NCBI GenBank assembly: GCA_964270895.1
Contig: OZ185446.1
Length of the DNA stretch: 64,000 nucleotides
DNA from: Podarcis filfolensis
Lineage: Eukaryota
Reading direction: 5' to 3' (one strand)
Shown here: positions 22,701-34,789 of the stretch, piece after piece
How positions within the stretch are numbered: position 1 is the stretch's first letter
Layout: each line of letters starts with the position of its first letter
Made by a program: the position numbers and the translations under genes
Notes under the pieces: generated by a model
Told to the model about the DNA's origin: nothing
Seen by the model: only the letters and a program-made list of their open reading frames with translations
The model's database searches: none

Positions 22701-23915
22701 GTTAGGCACTTCAGAATAAATTCTCTTAATTAATTTTCCTGTATGGTGACAGTGATAGTCCTCTTTTGTAATCAAACATGGCAGGCTAGTTTGTACAAAT
22801 TAACAGTAGAAGATGTGAAACCAACTTGTGGTTTGGGGGTGCTGCTTTGGTGGCCAGGTTTAAGCTTCAGTGGTACACTTTTTGAAGGGAACTCTGCACG
22901 TGGCAGCAGACCTGCAAGGGACCTGAATGCAGCAAATGGAGTTTTGCTTTTTATGAACAGTGATTGGTGTGCTAAGGCCTGACCTGAGGATTGCACTGCT
23001 TCAGGTTTGTGAAGGGACTTGACCTTTCTAGAGCCCCCATCTCCCCACATTTGGTGGCAGTGACGCTTTGCGGAGAGGTGGTCAGTGCTGTTCTGCTCTT
23101 GTAACATGGCAGTGGTTCAGACTGTTACTCCACAGTCCTCTAAATAGAACTAGTTGTGGTGATGCTATGTCCAGCCTTGGTCTAGGCCTGTAATCACTTG
23201 ACGATGTGAATAAAGCAGGTGAGGTGACCTGAAAGCTCTGTGGAATTTCCTCTATGATGGCTTATGCAAGTCACCACTCAATTATTAATTCACCAACTAA
23301 TTAATATGCATGCAGTCATGTAGGCACTAGTGATGTTCTGCCACTATTATAAATCACCATTCAATGAAGATGAGCTTTAATACCTAATGGACATAGAGAA
23401 ATTTCCAAGCATCATATTAAGTTGGGGTAACTCAGGAAACACGCTATTGTTTCTCAGGTAAAGGGTGGTGCAAATGTAGAAGAATTAAGAACCATTTTCA
23501 TTTAAGGTAAATTTATTGGTTCAATCCATGACTATGCATACTTAAGCTTCCATTTGGGGGTGGAGGTGAATTCTCAGGGTAGTACTCTAAGCCTAAGGTG
23601 CTTTCCCCCGCTCTAAATATAAATGAAAGGGGACAATATTGCCTTATGTCTTCCATGCCAAGGAGTTACGCTCTGCTAGTTATGTAATCCTCCAAAGTTG
23701 TCACCCAAATGCAGGCTTTGGTACTTATCAAAAATTAGAGAAATGGTGAACCATGAAAAAAGTAGCACGCCACCCTTATGTACTATATAATACAGAATGT
23801 CATACAATACTGGGGGAAAGACTGGATTAAATTTAGACAATGGAGATAGAGAATGGAGAGGGACAAATCCAAATACCTTTGAAGTGATCATCAAGCAAGG
23901 ACTATGTGTATATGT

Positions 23916-24113
23916 GGGGTGTAGTGGTTAGTATGTTGGACAAACTCTGAGAGACCAGGGTTCAAATCCCTCACTGGGTGATCTTAAGCCAATCATGGTC
24001 TCTTAGCCAAACCTCTCACAGGGTTCTTGTGCAGGTAAAAGAGTGAGGAGGAGAACTATGCATGCCACCTTGAGGTCCTTGGAGGAAAGGTGGGATACAA
24101 ATGTAAAAATAAA
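23916..24113 (+). mobile_element. tRNA-derived SINE (MIR/Ther1-related, Squam3-like), degenerate
   Basis: Box A GGTGTAGTGG, box B GGGTTCAAATCCC (23958-23970) and an L2-like 3' end AAGGTGGGATACAAATGTAAAAATAAA. Confidence 0.75.
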
Positions 24114-24357
24114 TTATTATGATTATAATTGATTAAATGTGTATACTGCTCGTCATCTGAAAATCACAGACATAAAAAATGAAAATAAAGGACCTAGGAA
24201 ACCCTCAGAGCCCCAATCCTCCTTCAGAGGAGGTATGGCAAGTCCCTTGCTCCTTATTAAGGAAGGTTGGGGTATCAGCTCATCACTAGACAGTTTGTTT
24301 CTATTTATCATGCACATCCGACCTCACTCCACATTCCTGTCTTGTCATCTCCCTTAC

Positions 24358-24549
24358 CTGTTTTCCTGCTTGTGGTTCAATGTTCTGCATTGCCACTGGG
24401 TCCTCCAGATAAAATTACCACCTGATTTCATTCACGGTTCTAGTTAAGTCTCCTCCAAACTCTGCTTTATGGCAGAGGTAAATAGAATCCCCATTACTCT
24501 AATCTCTGGTGTGCTGCTCTCTTCCCTGTCGTATTTCCCCCTTTATATA
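24358..24549 (-). promoter_or_regulatory. Candidate TATA promoter plus short first exon
   Basis: TATATAAA at 24549-24542 (minus). ATG at 24390 gives MQNIEPQAGKQ, followed by a consensus CAG|GTAAGG donor at 24358/24357. Confidence 0.4.
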
Positions 24550-24637
24550 CTGGGGAGCGGGTACACTGGATAATCTGATCCAGAATGCACTGTACCTTCT
24601 AGCAGTGTGCTTCATGATAAAACATCATATCCAATTA

Positions 24638-24863
24638 CAGTGGTACCTCGGGTTAAGTACTTAATTCGTTCCGGAGGTCCGTTCTTAACCTGAAAATGTT
24701 CTTAACCTGAAGCACCACTTTAGCTAACAGGGCCTTCTGCTGCCGCTGCGCCGCTGGAGCACGGTTTCTGTTCTCATCCTGAAGCAAAGTTCTTAACCCG
24801 AGGTACTATTTCTGGGTTAGCGGAGTCTGTAACCTGAAGCGTCTGTAACCCGAGGTACCACTG
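24638..24863. mobile_element. Tc1/mariner-type MITE (CAGTGGTACCT family)
   Basis: TA|CAGTGGTACCTCGGG...CCCGAGGTACCACTG|TA. Confidence 0.92.
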
Positions 24864-26391
24864 TAATATCAAAGTATGACATTGTGCCTCTCTTTCTGTG
24901 CAGTGGGCATTAAAAATCAAAGCTCCGTTTTTAAAAATTACAATAACCTTTAAGGTATCAAACGGAAATTCACACACCAACACCTTATTCTGAACCAAGT
25001 TTGGAATTTTCTATGGTTGAAAAAGGCTTGGGCACTTGGATAAATTGAAGTGGTTCATATTGATCAGAAAGTGAGACATGTTACAGTCAGCTAAATTTAG
25101 CTGCTGACTAGTTTGTAGCTATGGTATCAGAAAAACAAAATTAACCAGTGATGTTCAGACTGTGTACTGCTGGGGTAACTACGTGAAAAAGTAGTATGGA
25201 CAACAATCTGCTCTAAAAACACAGCTTATTCATCATTACCCATCTTCTCCTGCAGCATCAGGAAAATAAGGGGTGTGTTCTAGGTAACGCTCCCAGATCA
25301 TGTGGGATCACAGTGAGGTGGGGCTTCCTCAGCAGATGAAAGCTTTCCCCTGAAGGCTGTTAACCACTGGACTTCCTCAGCTGTCGCCTTTGATGCTTCT
25401 CTTCCACCACCATTGCACTGCCCTCCACTTAAGAGCACATAATGGAGATGAAACAGGCATTTGTGGTCCTTCCCCTCCTTCTTAGAATATACCATAAATT
25501 TATTTCTCCAAATGGTAGTGCCTTGATGACAGATTGATTTATGTACAAACCTTTCATTTCCCTAATACCCTCTGCTATAGCAGATGTTTTGAAAAGAAAA
25601 GTGGCAATGCTGGGTTTGCAAAATGTGTTAACTCATTATTATGCTATGGGGAGCAACATCTTCATATGCATGGCAGTGGTGGACATTTTGCATCTATGCC
25701 ATCACTGTCTGAGAATAACAGATTTTTATTTTATTTTTAAGGAGAAAAACCAAGAATCAATATCTAAACACTGACACAAGTGCCTTTTCCAATGTAATTT
25801 TGATATACGCGTGTTACTACACAACATACATGCTTCTTTCTGTCTCTTGAGACATTGTATGTGAAGTGGATAAGGAAGTTCCTGTGCTGAGTTTTTGGCT
25901 TTATGAAGCCCATTAAAATCCCATCTGAAACAAACAAACAAAAAAGTAAAGATCTCTTCTTACTCTCCAAGCAAAGGCCTCTGTCATCATGGTTTTGGCG
26001 GGGCAGGAGGTGCGCGAGGACAGTACATTATGAGACCTGGGAGTATCCTGTGTGAGTGAAGCCAGCAGTGGAGAGGGGGAGCTCTCTTTAAGGTATTCCC
26101 AGAGCAAGCCTGAAGCTGTTCCAGGAAGGAGCATGGCCAGGTTGGGAAGCAAGCTTGGGCCCAGGGGTTCATTCTGGAGATCCTGAATTAAAAGGAGCTC
26201 AGTACTTGGAGGACTTGGGTAGCTCCAAATGCAGGTCAGACCAGCTTTCCTCCTGTTGAGAAGAGCAGATATTTGGGGATGGGGGCTCAATTCAGATCAG
26301 GATAAGGGCAAAGGGTTATGGTCACCCTACGCAATGGTCCTAATCCATTTTCTCTTTCCCCCCATCCAACCAACACTGTCTATTTATTTAA

Positions 26392-26618
26392 AGCTCCATT
26401 GGTTAGAATGTGGTGCTGAATAATGCCAAGGTTGCAGGTTTGATCCCTGTATGGGACAGCTGCATATTGCTGCATTGCAGGGTTTGGTTATTATTATTAT
26501 TATTTTATTGATTGATTGATTGATTAAATTTATATATCGCCCTATACCTGGAGGTCTCAGGGCAGTTTGACTTGATGATCCTCAGGGCTACTTCCAGCTC
26601 TACAATTCAATTATTCTA
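26392..26618 (+). mobile_element. tRNA-head / CR1-tail SINE, interrupted by an L2-type tail with (TTA)n(TTGA)n
   Basis: Head AGCTCCATTGGTTAG...GGTTTGATCCC, then CTGCATTGCAGGG. Insert at about 26488-26568. Resumes with GATGATCCTCAGGG...TTCCAGCTCTACAATTC. Confidence 0.65.
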
Positions 26619-29600
26619 AGTGTGCAGGGACAAAGACCACATATAGTTTGGCCCTTCAAATGTGAAAAAAGAAAATGATCTGCCCTCAGAGAAACCTCCT
26701 CCTGTGCTTGTGTGTCAGCAGCTGTTCTGGGCATTCCTCCAGAATGGAAGAAGGCAAGCACAGACTCAACCAGAACTATAATGGGCACACTCATCAGCCT
26801 TTATTTGCTTTAATTCTTCATGTTGCACAGTGGGGGAATTGCTTTCTTAACATAATGTGAGAACAGATTATATTTAAAACTAAGAGACCAAAAGCAATAA
26901 ATACAAAGTATATTTCTGGTGTGGAACATTTAAAATCCTCAATGTCACTTGCTGTTTGTTTGTTTGTTTTTCAGAATCAATTTGGATACACTACTAGGGC
27001 ACTGTTGCTGATCATTGGCAACATGTTACTATTTCAAATTTTAAAGATATATATTTTATAGCTCCTGAATGGACGGAGAGAAACCCAGGGCTGTGACACA
27101 TTGAGATTTAAGGCAAAGATGCATTGAGCAGTCTCCCTTGAAACTAGACATGTTTTTAATGTTGCTGTATGATCAAATCACACATGATGCAGAGATGTTA
27201 CAGAATTACCCAGTCCCAGCAGAAGACGACTGGAAGGAAGGAAGGAAGGAAGGAAGGGCAAAGTAGTGATGCAGCGTGCAGACTATTCTGTTGGTGACTG
27301 CTTCAGGCTCACTGGAGCCTTGAACTTATTTCTTTCAGCACTCAGGCAGGTCTCTTTCAGTTCACAAGAGTGATCCCACAATAAAAACAAGTCATTTATA
27401 TTCCACCAAGTGTCTGTTTCTTTAAATACAGCTTTTACATAATGTATGCAATACCAAAATCATATTCAAGTGCAATACAGGATGTCTCAAAGCCAAAGTT
27501 CCATCCAAATATTCCTCAGTTCAATAAAGAGAAAAGAATTTCTACAAGTATACTTGTTGCTAAAGGATAATCCACAGGCTGGAAAAAACCTGTCCACAAA
27601 CCCCCGGGAGTGTTATAGCTTTGTTCTCAATCACTCAAAGTGCAGTGTCAGTGTCCCAGCTGTGTGAAATCCTAAGCAGGACTCCAGCAACAAGATCACC
27701 AGATGCAAATCTCTGTTTTGAATGTTTTTCTCCCGGAGGCCAACAATGGAATGCTGAATTATACAGCTATAATTAATAAAGCTATATTTAAAGAAACAGA
27801 TACTGGGTGGAATATAAATGGCTTATTTTTATAGTTGGTCTTTGAGAAGTTCTATATAATTGCATACAGAGTTGTGTGAGCTGTGGGACAAATACAATGG
27901 AGCATGTACATCTACAAATCCGAAAACTATTTTTTAGTTTTCCAATCACTCCTTTGATTTGAACTTGGACAGCTTTACAGCACAGTAATTGCTATTTTGG
28001 TAATGCTCCTTGAAGAAAAAATGAATGAAACCTGTCCCGCTAAGCTTAGAGAAGCATCACTAGGAGCTTACATGCTGAAGGTTTCTCCTTATACTTGCTT
28101 CTATTGATACATGCAAATGCTCTACTGAGTCTTTTCAACATTTACTACAATTGGCAGTACTCAAAAATACTGTAGCGTTTTTGTGCCATCTTATGCTGAT
28201 GTGCCTGTTAGCATGGCTGGTAAGGCATACAAATAGAAACCTTTGATTGCACAAACACAAGTGAATAAGATAATTACAATCTGGCTCTGGGGAAAGCAAA
28301 TGACAGCATTTGCAGTCCCAGTTTGAGTTTATTCCCAAAGCAGTCAGTGGCATATTAAAAGAAATTAAAACTAAGGTATTATAATCCTTTACAAAATTGT
28401 AAAAAGTTATTTTTAGTTCATTTTTCACCTTGAAAATTGTTCATTTCCTTACATTCTCACACAATGTAATGTGTCCTTCCAAACTCCATTTTCTGTCTGT
28501 TTACATTGGAGAAGTTCCTTTAGCTTTAATGATACAACTCTTCAGGGTGGGGTTTTTTTAACCTCTTGAATTGCTGCCTTTTGTTTAAACCGCAGTCTCT
28601 GTGCAATGCAATCACAATTGCAAGTTCACACTATGATTACTACCATGTAGAGGACTGCATGGTTAAACACCTCTTCACACAGATTTCCTAACATTTATTC
28701 TCAAAAGCAGAACCGTCATGGATTTACTAAATATGAATAAAACCTGGCACACTCTGAGCATGTTTCCTGCTCCTGGGCATCCTGGATTGTCCATCTTGCA
28801 GAATGAGACATGGAACATGGTGCACCTGATATTGTCCATGTCCACTGATGATGAACCTTTCAGGTATGCTTCACAAGGTTCAACATTTCAGCCTATGTTC
28901 CCAATCATATGAAATACTGTTTTTGTGGCCGCAAAGTATCTGTTGCGTTCAGAATGAAAAACAGATTCATGGCAGTCTTGCTGCTAGGCAGTTTGAGTCA
29001 GTTCTTCAGAGTACGCTCAACTGCCACAAAACAACGTTGTGATGTGCAGAATGAGTGAAAAACAAGTAGCACTATGCTGAGTATTAAAGTGGATTAAAAA
29101 TTCCTGGATAAAAAGAACTTCATGCTAAAAATATGTCTCATTATCCAGCTTCTTTTTCATACAGACCTTAAAATGAAAATGCTAATATTCCTGGGAACCT
29201 GAAATAAATTAAGGCAGCAACTCTGCGGCTGCTTGCCAATTAGAAGCCATCAACAGCATCCCCTTCTCCCATTTTTTGAAGTATTTAGAGCTACCTGCAG
29301 TTCTGTTTATCTTAGATATTTATTTTTTTACATTTACATCCTGCCCAAGTGGACTTAAAACAGTCCTGAGGGTTTTTCTTTAACCAAATGTAAATATTAA
29401 GCAGTCTTTAAAATATGTAGCATCAGTTCTACCAACTTGTCAGCCGAGTTTCAAGTCTATATTTGAAATGCAAGATGCTCTTTGCATCTCATTCCTCCAT
29501 TCAGTACTGTCTGTAATCTGTTCCAGCATGTCAGTTAAAGAACCAACAACATTTAGCAAGACCGCAGCCTAATATTTCTTTGTATTTTGCACTAGTTTGT

Positions 29601-32162
29601 GCTTAAATTACCATCTTTATGACTGAAGTGTATCACAACTGCTCTGAGGTTACCACGTGTTCAAGTTGTTGCCATAGTGACAACTATCAGTAGGTGTAAA
29701 AAGCAGCACATATTCTCCTCCTAGCCTTAGAGCCAGGAAGAGCCATCTGAAGTATCAGAAGCCAGGTGTTCCAAGATCCCTTATACTGTGCAGATAATGC
29801 ACAGTAGATAAGAGACATGCTGGATAGCAGAAGAGCCCTGCTTGATTAGGCCAAAGGCCCAGCTGGCCAACCAGATGCCTATGTGAAGCCCACAAGCAGG
29901 AGGACTGCAAAGAGACAAGGGGAAGCTATGCCACAAGAGGCAACAGAGGTACCAGGGAATCTGGCAAGACTTCATTGACCCTCGTCAAGATAAACCACTC
30001 ACTTTTCACTGCCTCCTTGCCCCTTTCACCGCTACCCAAAGCTATCATAACAGATACATTTTCATCCCTCTCATGGGGAAAAGAAATCTGGGAAAAACTG
30101 GGGAGGGAATGAGACTGGAGAGGAATTTGCACTGCATTGCTTCTTGCCCAGTGGAACCATGTTTCAAATGCTCTTAAAGTAAGTTGCAGAGTCCCCATTG
30201 CTTTCCATTAGGGGAAACAAAAGGTACATGCATGAAATCAGCTGGTGAAGGGAAGCTGTCCCCCCCCCCGAAAAGACCCTGTTGCCCCAAGGGTCCATGA
30301 CAAGGATGGTCTCCCATCCTCTAGTCACTTTTGTGAATGCACTGTGATTCCCCTCCCCAATATAAAACAATGGCTGCAGAGTCTTCAGTGGTTTGCATCC
30401 AGGGAAAGAAAGAGTATCTGCACGAATATGGTGGGGGAGAGGAAGCCTTCTTCCCACCAAGGGCACTTGGGCAAGAGGGTCCCTGTTGGGGGTTGACTCC
30501 ATCCAAATCACTGATTTAGGGGCTACAGACTTTCTTTCTTTGCATGTTTAAGAACTTCACTGAAATAAATCATTTTCCAAAGTAATCTGGGGGAAATTGA
30601 AAGAACAAAATCTGAATTAATTAAAATATGAAAGCTTTGCAAAAGAAATTACAAAAAAATTAAATAAATAAAAAGTGAGGTGAGCATTCTTCCAGAGCTA
30701 ATTGCTTTTGTTGATTAGCCAAAACCAGTGTCATCCTTTGGGAGAAAGTAAAAAGTCAACTATAGCAACCACAGATTTTGCCAATTTAATTTCCAAACTT
30801 TTTGTCTTTCTTTTTCTTTTCTTTTCTTTTCTTTCTTTCTTTCTTTCTTTCATTCTGTCTGTCTGTCTGTCTGTCTTTTTTTGCTCTAGTACTTCATAAT
30901 GGGGCAAGGTGCACATTTCCTCAACATCATCCTGTTAATCAGGGGCAATAATAATCATTGCCAGATGAATCTTTATCTGGATTTGGAAAGACTCTTTTCG
31001 TGAGCTAGTGAAATTGTGTATCATAAAGTTTCAGAGTTGCTGATTTAGATATGATTTTATTGCTGACAAACAGCATACTATCCTCCAGGGAGTGTTATCA
31101 TTTTTCTAACTGGCTGTTTTCCAAAACACGCACCAATGATATCTCTCTGGGGTATTATTAACTTTTGGGGAGGATCCCCATGGCTAAAAGAAAACATTTT
31201 GAGAACATTTTCAAAACCTAATGGCTAAAATCAATACCAGCTCCAGCTGGCTACAGCACAGCTCAAGGGCATGGATACTCTAGTTAGAGGGCATCCATTT
31301 CATTTCTAAAGCCCTCCAGAAGACTCCTTCCTCCCCACAAACCTGTGAAAATGGGATCAGTGTTGAATTTCTACTTCACACTGTATTAATACTAGCACTC
31401 TGACAAACAGGCCATGGGATCCTCCATACCCTCTCCTCTCTTTCGCAAATTCCTTCCCCCGCCACCCCACCCCTACCCCCACCCTCATCCCCACCTGTCT
31501 CATGAGCCTTAACAGAAATTTATATTGGCACCTATGTTAACCACGGTTAATGCTAAGTAGCAGTCCTTCTTGCCTGGGATACAAAACCAGGGTTACCTAA
31601 CCCTGGGTAGATTCACAACAGTTAACGTAGGCTCCAGTATAACAAATGCAGTTAAGGCTAGTAGGAAAAATGGGGGGTGGGGTGGATTTGTGCTGGAGGG
31701 TGGTGGTGGAAGGTGCTCTGGAACCAATTGCCTCCATCTTGTTCTGTTTTTCCAGCATCCTATGGACATTTGGTTGGTTGCTATAGGAAAGAGTGTGCTG
31801 AGCATATGGAGCTGTGGTGCGATCCAACATTTTTGCCTCAGTGAGTTACTTTTTATGTTAGCACTATTGAAGGGTTAAAGTGTAACATCCATTGTTTTAT
31901 TCTGTAACAGCGAATGGCTTTTTGTGGAAAGCTCCAAAGAAAAATCACATCAAAAATACAAGATCAACATTACAGATATTCCCTTTGGTATATTACAGCC
32001 GTTGAAAATGCAGACAGGAACTCTATATGGTAAATAGATTAAGAAAGGGTTATGTACAGGGTTACAGTTGTACATACAGGAAAGAAGAAAGGAGATAGAA
32101 CTGAGAAACAGAAGTTTGGGTTACTGAGCATTTATAGAACATAATTTAAAAATTTAAAAAAT

Positions 32163-32340
32163 TTCCAGTAGCACCTTAGAGACCAACTAAGTTTGTTCTG
32201 GATATAAGCTTTCGTGTGCATGCACACTTCTTCAGAAAGCTTATACCCAGAACAAACTTAGCTGGTCTCTAAGGTGCTACGGGACAATTTTTTTAAATTT
32301 TTATTTATTTCAACTGCGTCAGACCAACACGGCTACCTAC
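32163..32340. mobile_element. Penelope-like element terminal repeat in inverted (fold-back) arrangement
   Basis: Arms 32163-32213 and 32235-32285 are reverse complements at 47/51 nt. The TAGCACCTTAGAGACC and CTGAAGAAG..CGAAAGCTTAT layout matches my recollection of reptile Penelope pLTRs. Confidence 0.7.
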
Positions 32341-32540
32341 GGTACTTGAATTTATAGAACATGTTATGTTGAATTATAAGCAATATAATTGAACTCTATA
32401 TGAAAGAATCCTCAGAATGAAGTTCTGAAGGTTCCTTCCCAAGAACTAAATAATTCCTTGGCTAGAATATAGCTTTTCAAATGACTACTACATGACTAAT
32501 CACTAAATTAGACTGACTTCACTTGCAAAGCAGGTTAAAC

Positions 32541-32676
32541 CAGCCATAGGCAAACTCGGCCCTCCAGATGTTTTGGGACTACAACTACCACCATCCCTAG
32601 CTGACAGGACCCGTGGTCAGGGGTGATGGGAGTTGTAGTTCCAAAACTTCTGGAGGGCCGAGTTTGCCTATGCCTG
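32541..32676. mobile_element. hAT-type MITE
   Basis: TIR CAGCCATAGGCAAACTCGG / CCGAGTTTGCCTATGCCTG. 8-bp TSD GGTTAAAC at 32533-32540 and 32677-32684. Confidence 0.9.
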
Positions 32677-32714
32677 GGTTAAACAGTTGCAGGCCCAGTC
32701 GAACTCAGATTAGA

Positions 32715-33240
32715 CTAAGGATCCAACCCAATGCCCTTTTCCACCAGCAAGTTGTGAGAATTGCCATGAGGTAGGAAAAACCACCACACCAGCCCAATTT
32801 GTCTGCAGGCAAATTCTTCCCTGGCCCCAAATACGGCCACCGAGTGGAATGGAAGGAGCTTTACCTTTCTTTTCTTCTGGATCAAAGTATCAGGACACCC
32901 CAGTAAAGGGGTCCAAGGGGAAGGATTCTGTCTGTATGCCCAGACTGGGGCAATGGGCCCTAGAACTCCCCAAATGGCATCCTGGAGGGGTTGCCTGAAT
33001 TTGATGTGCCTCATATGGGAATCTTTATCTTAGGACCGACCCTGATGAAGTAATCAGCCAGCAATCTTGCTGATTGATTCAGGATATGTAGCCAATGCCT
33101 ACTGACATCTGTAATCAATAAACTTGTGGCCATTTTTGATCCCAAAATGTTGTCATGTCATTTATTGCTTCCGGTGCCTCCACCGCAGCGACCTCAGCTG
33201 CCCACACAAAGGTCGGGTGGGAGCAGACACCCTGTGGCAG
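32715..33240 (+). mobile_element. Unclassified LTR/DIRS-like element
   Basis: Shares CCAATGCCTA and CTGTAA(T/C)CAATAAA(C/G)TTGTGGCC with the 34.8-35.5 kb element. AATAAA at 33117-33122. Boundaries are approximate. Confidence 0.45.
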
Positions 33241-34789
33241 CATAGCAGCTATTAAAAAGAGATTAATTACTGAAACGTATTGATGAGAAAACTCACTTTA
33301 CTATCTCCTAGAGCAAGGCAATGTTGGGTTTTCAACATTATGGTGTATCGCTGGTGTGGGGAGCAGGTGAGCTACCTTGTCCACCACCCCACCCCCATGG
33401 ACCAAGCAGCAGTAGCCAAGTGCACAGAAACTGTCAGGCTCTGTGTGTTTGACTGCCTTCACTTTTGCCCGTGCAAGTGTGCTCTTTCCTCCAGTGGGGG
33501 GTCATTTCCCAGGAGGAATGATGCAGCCCACCCTTCTGGGCAAAGTCCGCAAAGCACGGGGTGCAAACCCAACCTATCCGTGCCTTGCAGAGGGGGGCTA
33601 CTGGAGGCTGCTGGTGAGTTCTGGGCCTGCCAGCAGCATCAAGTAGCCCCTACACTGCCTGGCTGCCTTCCACTGGGAGGGTGGGCTCCGTCTTTCTGGG
33701 AGGAAAGGCGCAGCACACCCTCCCAGAGAAGGCAGCCAGGAGGGGTCGGGCTCTTTCCTACTCCCATGCAAGCAGGAGCAGTGTCAAGGCTCTCTCAGCT
33801 GGGGAGGGGGAGCACTTTAATGGAGCCCCCATCCTGCCGCTGGCTTGTGTAAGTCGGTGGTGGGTTGGGGGCTCCGTAAAAGTGCTTGGCTGAGGTGAGG
33901 GCAGCAGTTTAAAGAAGTGGAGGAAGGAACAAGCTGTATGGGCACCTCGCAGATTCAGCTTGATTCTCCCCCTGCTGGGGCAGAGCGCCATGGCGGTTTC
34001 ACCATCTGTATATTGCTGGTGAAATCACCACTGCTTTTGTCCCTCTGTCTCCAGCTCCTGGCTAGTTTGTTTCTCCCTCAGCACACTGGGCACTGGAGGC
34101 AGAGGGACTCAAGAGCAGTGATGGTTTCACCAGCGATATACCGCTGAGTGAAGCTGTCATTGCAGTCTGCCCCCACATATACTGAAATATCGCCCAGGCC
34201 TACTATCTTCTTGGAGATTCTGCCGTCTCACAACACATGGAAACACTGAATCACAGCTTTCGTTCCAACAGATCTATTGACAACTCCTTGGTCTGTAACA
34301 CTCAACCCACATGAAACGTCAACACAGAGAAGAGCAGCAATTACAGAAAAAGAAAAAAAGGAAACAAGCAGAGAATGGGGAGTGTATTATTCTTCCAGCG
34401 CACTCAGTGCATGAAAAGAATAGCAAACTTAACTGTACAGTTGTATAGTAATTGGCATGTTCAGGTGTCAATCATAAACAAAAATTGGGCATTTGAACTG
34501 CATTGGCATTTATATGAACATAGAAAAACCATTTCATAGTCAGGCTATTTTTTCACCTGGCCCAGCACAATCCCCAACAGAGATTCTCCAACACTTCTTC
34601 CCTGCCCTGTCACCTCACATCCTTTTAGCTGGAGGTTATTTGGCTTGAAGCTAAAGACATTTATTATCAAGCAAAGGAGGATTATCTGCTCTTCTGTGCA
34701 ACGTACCATAATCACTGTTACATATTTTTTTCAATTTCATCATGGCACCACCTGTACTGCATGCAAAGCCACTCTCCTTCACAGGAGGG

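Noticed and set aside
22772-23107. 111-aa ORF and a possible exon ending CAG|GTCAGG
   Set aside because: Weak acceptor and no recognisable homology, so it cannot be supported.
23916-23970. tRNA-like A/B boxes here and at 26392, 40380-40425 and 55560-55615
   Set aside because: These are SINE heads fused to LINE-derived tails, with no complete cloverleaf.
25913-26290. 125-aa ORF with a GA|GTAAGA donor
   Set aside because: Splice-like sites exist but the peptide is not recognisable and the phases are ambiguous. Left unannotated.
28846-28890. CTGATGA followed by an 8-bp TGAACCTT/AAGGTTCA stem (hammerhead or C/D snoRNA?)
   Set aside because: No GAAA after the stem and no suitably placed D box with a terminal stem. 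Consistent with chance.
33051-33083. CTGATGA followed by a hairpin, resembling a hammerhead 5' core
   Set aside because: No GAAA follows helix II. The sequence closes as a simple CCTGA/TCAGG hairpin.
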